DNA of 64,000 bases, taken from positions 1 to 64,000 of the forward strand of contig JAQGDQ010000277.1 in the NCBI GenBank assembly GCA_030141605.1, read 5' to 3'. Every line of letters begins with the position of its first letter. Positions within the stretch are counted from its first letter, which is position 1. A program made the translations under genes and the position numbers. Origin of the DNA: Tubiluchus corallicola (lineage: Eukaryota > Animalia > Priapulida). The notes beneath the pieces are model-generated. The model saw nothing but the letters and a program-made list of their open reading frames with translations, did no database searches and was not told the origin of the DNA. This document shows, piece after piece, positions 56,936 to 64,000 of the stretch.

Positions 56936-58874
56936 ACCATCATTAAAGTGTAATTCAAGTAGATTTACCTATAAGAAGATGTCAAGCTTCAAAGAATCAC
57001 GCCGACTTGTTTATTCACATGAAGAAAATGGTTTATTTTCAACATACATTTACAATGAAAATTCAAGTGCAGCCTAATTTAATGATTTATTTACAATGAA
57101 GCGTCCCAAAACATAAATATTACAGTCAAAAACGACATACTTAAACATATACTTAAGCACGTTGGTAATAGTTAAACTGACGATTATAAACATACCCTAC
57201 TCAGACAATTAAGCTAATCCCGTATGTATTTCACTTTAATGGTTAGCCAGCAAAGATACTGGAATATAATCCACAAAAACAGAAATCTTCCTAACAACAT
57301 AACATTGCGTTTCTACTTGAACTTGCGAAATAACTCTATCTTATTAGTTATATGTAATTAGAAATTACAGTAAATTATGAAGAAGGGAAAAAATAAAGAA
57401 TTGGTTACAGCCTGCAAAAAGTGGGACTTGTTGTGCGTCATGTAGCGTCATCTGTTTGACGGTTAGATAATTATACGAGCAACATTTGATTGAATTTCTT
57501 ATAATAGAACTATTCTTTTTCAGCAAACTAAATATGTTGTTACATAGAAAAGACTTAGACAAGCACTTGAAGCGTCTTTTTCAAAAAAGTGTTTAATCAC
57601 AAATTTTTGTTTACACAAAGCTCTTAAGACAGCACATACCATTAGTAGCGAAATAAAAATAATTTATTTAATATAAAAATGTCACATTACTACTATATAT
57701 TATAACAAATAAAATGCAAACACACACCCAAAGTTTATTATTAAAGCATATATAAGTATGTGCAAGACTGAACACACAAGTATATAAGCAACGGCAAAAT
57801 TACATAAAAGTCCTAAAATCCGTAACTTATTTTCGTTCACAGTGCCCAATAGTAAATTTTTATCACAGTTATAAGCCTCTTCAAAAACGACAGTTTTTCC
57901 AACTATTAGACTGATTTATTTGATTTATTAACAAAAGTTACTATATTCCGCAAAGCGTTTATAACCTAATGGTGCCTCTTCAAGTTGGTTTCGCTAGAAA
58001 GTGTCCAACCCGAGTTAACTGTGACACGTATACTTACGTGATACATACATGCTTGAGTCTTGATTAAGCATTGATACGCTGATATTTTTTATTCATTTAC
58101 AAAGTTCTAAAGTTTCCACAATTAACGCACCTAAACACAAACACCAACGCAACAACTTATTCTTACGTTGGCACTAGTTAATAATGATTTCTAGGCGGTA
58201 GACGTTGACACATAAGCCTAAGTACGACACCATCACTAATTACCACGCTGGTGACACAACATATTAAAATTATTTTTAATTTAGCAGAAACTAGTGCACC
58301 TTTCTATAACTTAAGGTTAAAGCTGCCGTAATCTATATCCTGCCACAAAAAGATTCAAATGATCAAAAAAGATTGAACGGTTATATCCTGACAGAAATGA
58401 CTGAAGGATTAGCATAATTCTAGAAAGCGAGAACTTTTACCCATAAGATGATAAGATGATGTCTAGTGACAACGTCTTAAGATTGTGAGTTTTAAGACAA
58501 TTCATCAGAAGTCGATTTCACTGAAAAACAAACAAAAGTCAGAAAGTGGTATAAAACAAAAATGAAGTTTAAATTTGCGTCTATGTTGCGCAAATCATAG
58601 TTGCACAATTTTACATTTTATTTTCTGATTTTTGTGGTTATTAATCTAATCAAATGCACGTTTTCACTAAGCATGCTTAAAAACATTTCGCTGCCATTTT
58701 CTCTGTGGTTTACCAGCGTATTGTGAACACTAAACTAACCCGCAAGCCAATTTTCACACTAGGCAACGTACCTGTTAAGCGATTTTCGTTATATGTTTAC
58801 CTAAACTACTCAGAAAACACGAAGCCATGTAACTAAGTCGGTGCCGGTGTATAGGTAGGTACACTACTGGTACA

Positions 58875-61800
58875 CTATTCTCTCAGAAGTGCGCTGAAGC
58901 CTATAGCAGAACAGACAAGTGCCAGTATGTATCTTGAAATATTTAAATTTAAATCTCACGTGTCGGCTGCATGTTAAACTAGTTGTGACCTTTGCGCGAT
59001 TGGTGAATTGAAATACAAATGAATTTTTTTACAAAACAGGTTTGGATTAGATGCATTCGATAAAATGCGATGAAATGAAATATTGCGTCCCACTGTACAC
59101 GTACCTGGCAAACATCTGCGCCCCTCCTTTTCGAATCCTTCCTCGCACCAGCAATAACCGTCTTCCAGAAATGGTGACTCTATTCCTTGTTTACGGCACA
59201 CTGTGTTGGCTCGAAAACATTGCATTTTTGAGTGGCATCGTTCTTCTAAATCAGCATCTGCAAATTTCTGAAACCTTTAGTGACTACTGGCCTTGTATGT
59301 ATAAAAAATTGCTACCACCACCATCATTAACTGTCCGTCACCGTCACTACCACAGTTTTCTTGCATATATTCGAATCCCTTGCTGCTGGAATTGTTGTTA
59401 TGTGATTTATGCCTACCACTATAACCACTTCCGTTACAATTGTCTTGACCCAGTCCTCACTACTGCTGGTGATATTACCAACGCTACAACAATTTTATTG
59501 TCCTCAGCAGAACATTGCAGAGTAAAAATGCTATAAAATAAACATACAAGGTAACTAAGTTTGAGCATATATACTAAACTGGAAGTGTTCAAAATTTTAC
59601 TGTGAGTTAAACTCTAACCTGTTATTGTTATTAATAAATGTGCTGTTTCGCACTTCTTATACTTACTCTGCATGTAATTGGCTGCCTTGTGTTTCTCTAC
59701 GCGCCAATTGCATACAGGAATATCCCTAATTCGTTAAGAAAACAATTAAAATAATATTATTGAAAAGTACAAAAAATGTAAATTATCAAAAATGCACTTG
59801 TCACAGAAGCTTAAAACTGCAATTATGGCAGTTGTCATCACTGAAATTGGAATGTGCGATTCATTAATTAAGCTACACATAACTATTGTGCGTGTGTTCG
59901 ACTATGAAGTTTAGTAACCAGGGTTTTGTGAGTAAGCTGGTGGTTAACTGCCGGGGAAACTGATTTTGCGTGGCTTCACTGCAAACCAGCTTCTTATTTT
60001 CCCTCATTGATGGAGGGAGGGAGTATATTCATCGAGCATGGCTATGACACCTGTACCAGTCCTACAACGTATTTTAGAGGAATCTTCTTGATAACAATAT
60101 AGGTTCTACTCCTGCCATAATCATGTACAGTAATAGGACTTGTCGTAAATGCAAGCTACTGGCTTGCAGCTTGCTAAATTTCATATAAAAGTTGCAATAA
60201 AAGTACATTTGACATACATTTGCGTTAATTAGTAAGTTGCAAATTAGTAAAAACTTACACAAAAAGTCCCATATTTTTCGTGTAACAACCTGCTACAAAC
60301 GTTTCGTAAAATCTTGGCCGGTTGCCTACTGGGTCCGTCCATGGATATTCAATAGTTACGATATTTTGAAATTCCGTTGTACCCTGTAAAATACTGAATT
60401 CTCTTACACGATGCAATGATAGATTTATTATTGTTTTGGCATGTGCTAGACTTTACTGGATGCAAAGACATGAAAGTTGCAATTCCTTTGCCAAATTTTG
60501 ATGTTGATTACAGACCTGCTCCTAAAGAATATAATTTTACAGAACTATGACAGAGGTTAGAAATGAGTGACTTCTATGAGTTGTTCAGGTGCTACTCATA
60601 ATTTGTTAACATTCAACAAAAGAAAGCCTCTAAACAAATTATTAGTTTTTGAGGTTTATCACTGACTTGTGTTTCAATTTCTCACCTCGTCTACTCGCCA
60701 AGTTAAAGCACAGTTTACGTCAATCCTAGTTACAAAGTAAATAAAATATCTGCCAGTTCCTTGTACATAGCACTGTGTATTCTTGTGCTGGTATCCTTTG
60801 ACTATTTGACCATAAATTGATCTACTCCAGTCATTTGTTGTTGACACAATGCCAAAGAATGGTTCAACAAATTGAAACTTGATAGCCATGTAGCCACATT
60901 CTTCATCACAACTTACTTCTATACCTATAAGCACATAGACTGTAAATATTTTAATAATTTTGTCTTGTCTTACAAATTATAACTTATTATTTATAAGGAA
61001 AAACTCTTTCCCAAAGTTTAATGGTTTTAAAATCATTGTTTTCCAGTTTTCCAAACAAGCATAGGTGCTTTAATTAATGAAGTATTATTTTTAAACACCA
61101 AGTCATTTTTTGGATTTTTTTGATCAATTGAAACAGGTTTCTTTTAATAATGTTTTTTTGTGATCGGCAATTTCAAGGAATGTTTTGACTTACTGTGGCC
61201 CAAAATATGCGAATGGAAGAATTAGGTGAGACCAAAAAGTAAAAATAACAATCTTGAGTAGAACAAACTATTTACCTTTAACAATTTGAAGAGGTGTTTG
61301 ATCTGCTATACGCCTAACGTACCAGCTATTCTGACTGAGAACTGAGAAACTGTAAAAAACTGTATTTCATTTGCAACAAGTAATAATTGATACAGTACAA
61401 AGGCAGTGAAATTATTGAGTACGTTTCTTCTTACTTCTTATAGGAAAGATAAATCAATCATTGTTTTGCAGCCCCGAGAGAGAGAGAGAGAGGGAAAGAG
61501 AGAGAGAAAAGAAAAGAAGAAAGAGAGTGAGTGAAAGAGATAGAGAGAGAACGATTAAATAAGACTGTCCAGAAGAATCATTCTGCCAGAAATGCAAAAC
61601 TCTGCATTAACTATGGAGACTGTAAATTTCAATTCCTAAATTAATCGCGCAACATCTCAAAAATGCAGGCGATGAGCGAATAATATAGCTCATGTTGATC
61701 ATATTTTTATTGTTGTGTATATTCTGAAACCGTATGCTTTATCGTAGCATATTCAGGTAAAGACTGCAGTCTTGTTTTATGTGGTATATTAAAAATTTCT

Positions 61801-62285
61801 TTTCTTTAAATAACATAGTCAGCCTTTGCCCTTCTACATTAGACTCGGAAATAACACAATAAGCGGCTTGGTTAGAGATAATTAGAAAGCATTACTTATT
61901 AGTATTAGTCAGACGTTCAATGAAGCTGACTGACAAGATTTTGGTTGATTCTCAGTCATTTCAAAATTTAGCCGATTTTTTTGGCACAGCACCTTATAGT
62001 TTAACGTGCAAACAGTAATATATGATAATATAATTATGCTTTCTTTATCTAATTATTGGCATGAACGAACGTTTCGTTTCAAGAATGGTAACAGAACTTC
62101 CTATCACCAGCTGATTAGTTAAACAATTCTTTTTTCTGAATTTGTGCTCATATTTCTACCTTTTTTAGTAGTCCCTTACACAACGTTAACCTTGTTTGGA
62201 GTGACATGTAATAATAAAAACATTACAAAGCTTAAAGATGTATTACTTACAACAGCAGTGGCACAATAACGAATGATCTCTCCAT
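58875..62285 (-). CDS. Secreted ZP-N-like + EB/EGF-like module protein, 236 aa; exons 62285-62251, 61349-61276, 60924-60686, 60383-60259, 59725-59667, 59257-59105, 58900-58875
   Basis: Start context GCCGCCAAAATGG. All six introns are GT-AG with matching phases (2,1,0,2,1,1), total 711 nt. Product: signal peptide MERSFVIVPLLFFSVLS; cuticlin-like ZP-N pattern IEVSC...FVEPFFGIV...TQCYVQG...VNC...FQNIVTIEYP...FVAGCY; 6-Cys module RCHSKMQCFRANTVC...GYCWCEEGFEKEGRRCLP on a symmetric phase 1-1 exon. Confidence 0.75.
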
Positions 62286-64000
62286 TTTGGCGGCACAAGT
62301 TCTAGTTTTGAAGATTGACGTTTCACTTGTCTTCTAACTTGTGTAGGAAACAGCTACTGAATGTCTTTCTGACCAGTAAACTTCGACTGAGTCAATGGCA
62401 TAGTTTGTTAAAATACATGCCTTACCATTGCTGTTTTGGGTGATAGCGGTTATTTTCTGTCAATTGAGTATATTAGGTTTGCACAAAGGCAAAGTTGAAC
62501 ATTCGTGGAACGCTCAGCGTGGTACAGGATTATAGTCTAATTTTAGACAAGCGTTTCTTAATAAAAGTAGTGATCAAAGTGCTTGTTGTGTGCTAAAATC
62601 ACTGAGCTCAACAACATGTATATTGCAATTGTCATTATTATTTTATATTATTGATAACGGCATTCCATTCAATTATTAATTTTTGTTACATGACCTTTTT
62701 GATCAAATTATGAATTTCATTTCTATTATTTTAGAAATTAAACGAAAAAATTTAACAGGCGTTTGTTGGGAATTTGACTACGTCTTTGCAAAAACGTTTT
62801 CTAGAAATTATAGCAGTGGGCGTTCAAAAATTGTTTGAATTAATTTATTTGTAAACATTTTTATGACGTTACTGAGAATGGCGAAAGCTTGTACGTCTAA
62901 ACTTGTAATTTGTAAATACAGTCCATCGTTTTTAACCTGCTACTGGTTTTACATCATTGATCAATGATGCTGGCTGTGGACAACTTCACCGAATGCGCCT
63001 AGTCTGCCATATACAAGTTTACAAGGCTGGATAAGTTCCCTTTTGAGTAACGCAACTATTATTACCTTCTGTGCATTAATTAAGATGTCCTGCATTGATT
63101 CATTTCTTGAGCAGGTACAGAAATATTTTGTCTTTTAATCTAGCATTTACAAAAAGCTGAATGATATAATTATAATACTGATAAGAGAACCTGTTATTTA
63201 ATAATATTATATTAAACTGGTTTCCATCATTACATTACTGTACCATAAATTAATACATTACATTACATGACGTGACACTACGTTACACTGTTTTATATTC
63301 CACCACTTGACGTCTTCCTATTACATTAAGTTAAACAAAATTCAAACACACGCAACCCAACGTTATATAATAAAATCATATATAAGTGCCTCCAAAACAG
63401 ATAATTACTTAACATTACTAACATTTGTAATTTAGTGTTCCACTCACAATCCACAATAGTGACTTCTTATTAAGGACTAAGCTTACTTTAGAATGTTATG
63501 AACAGTTCTTCTAGTCATTAATATTGACAATGTAGGCAAATTAGCTTAATTACAAAAACAAATTTTGTTCTCCTGTGCGTTTATTGCAAAAGCTTCCTTC
63601 TCTAAGTTTATTTTACCAAAAAGAATTCAGAATTCAAAAATAATGAACATGAACTAGCTGTAAGAGGTTATAGATGTAAGTGATACACATTTTACTAGTT
63701 AGCACTTGATAAACAATTAAAACATTGATATTTCAACTTCATTATAATACAGTAAAAGTATCTAAAAATTTGGAATACAATAAAACTAAGAAAAAATTTG
63801 AGAATAATACAGTGAAACTATCCAAAAAGTTAGATCCAAACTATCCAACGCAATTAAACACAAACGTAAAATTAATGTAGTTCATATCTTGAATTAAGAC
63901 ATATCTAGAACACATCTTGAACTAAGACAACAAATTGTTCTTAATAGAACAACAGCTTATAATGCTTTTTGGATAGTATATGTTTGCGCATAAAACATAC

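Noticed and set aside
59051-59536. 161-aa plus-strand ORF
   Set aside because: Antisense to the EB-module exon and intronic low-complexity sequence.
59880-60060. PCSMNIL motif suggesting a ZP-C exon
   Set aside because: The frame is bounded by several stops and has no phase-compatible splice sites.

Overview
AT-rich, intron-containing animal genomic DNA, most likely a lophotrochozoan-type invertebrate (inferred from gene content). It is not prokaryotic: no rRNA, intact tRNA or CRISPR array is seen. Five protein-coding loci can be reconstructed, all on the minus strand. (1) The first coding exon of a membrane protein with a NIT (nitrate/nitrite-sensing) domain, probably a NIT guanylyl cyclase whose remaining exons run off the left edge. 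(2) A two-coding-exon, 129-aa secreted Gly/Tyr-rich acidic orphan protein. (3) An intronless, N-terminally shortened CFAP74. (4) An invertebrate-type dopamine receptor (Dop1R2/DAMB/INDR class) with a single coding exon. (5) A seven-exon secreted protein with a lone ZP-N-like domain and an EB/EGF-like module, mostly invisible in the ORF track. Intergenic DNA holds decayed LINEs, several kinds of MITE (MULE-like foldbacks, Harbinger-like palindromes, a TTAA piggyBac-like element, Helentron-like fragments), tRNA-derived repeats and many microsatellites. Family assignments come from remembered motifs; no database searches were run. No clearly novel multi-gene system could be demonstrated.
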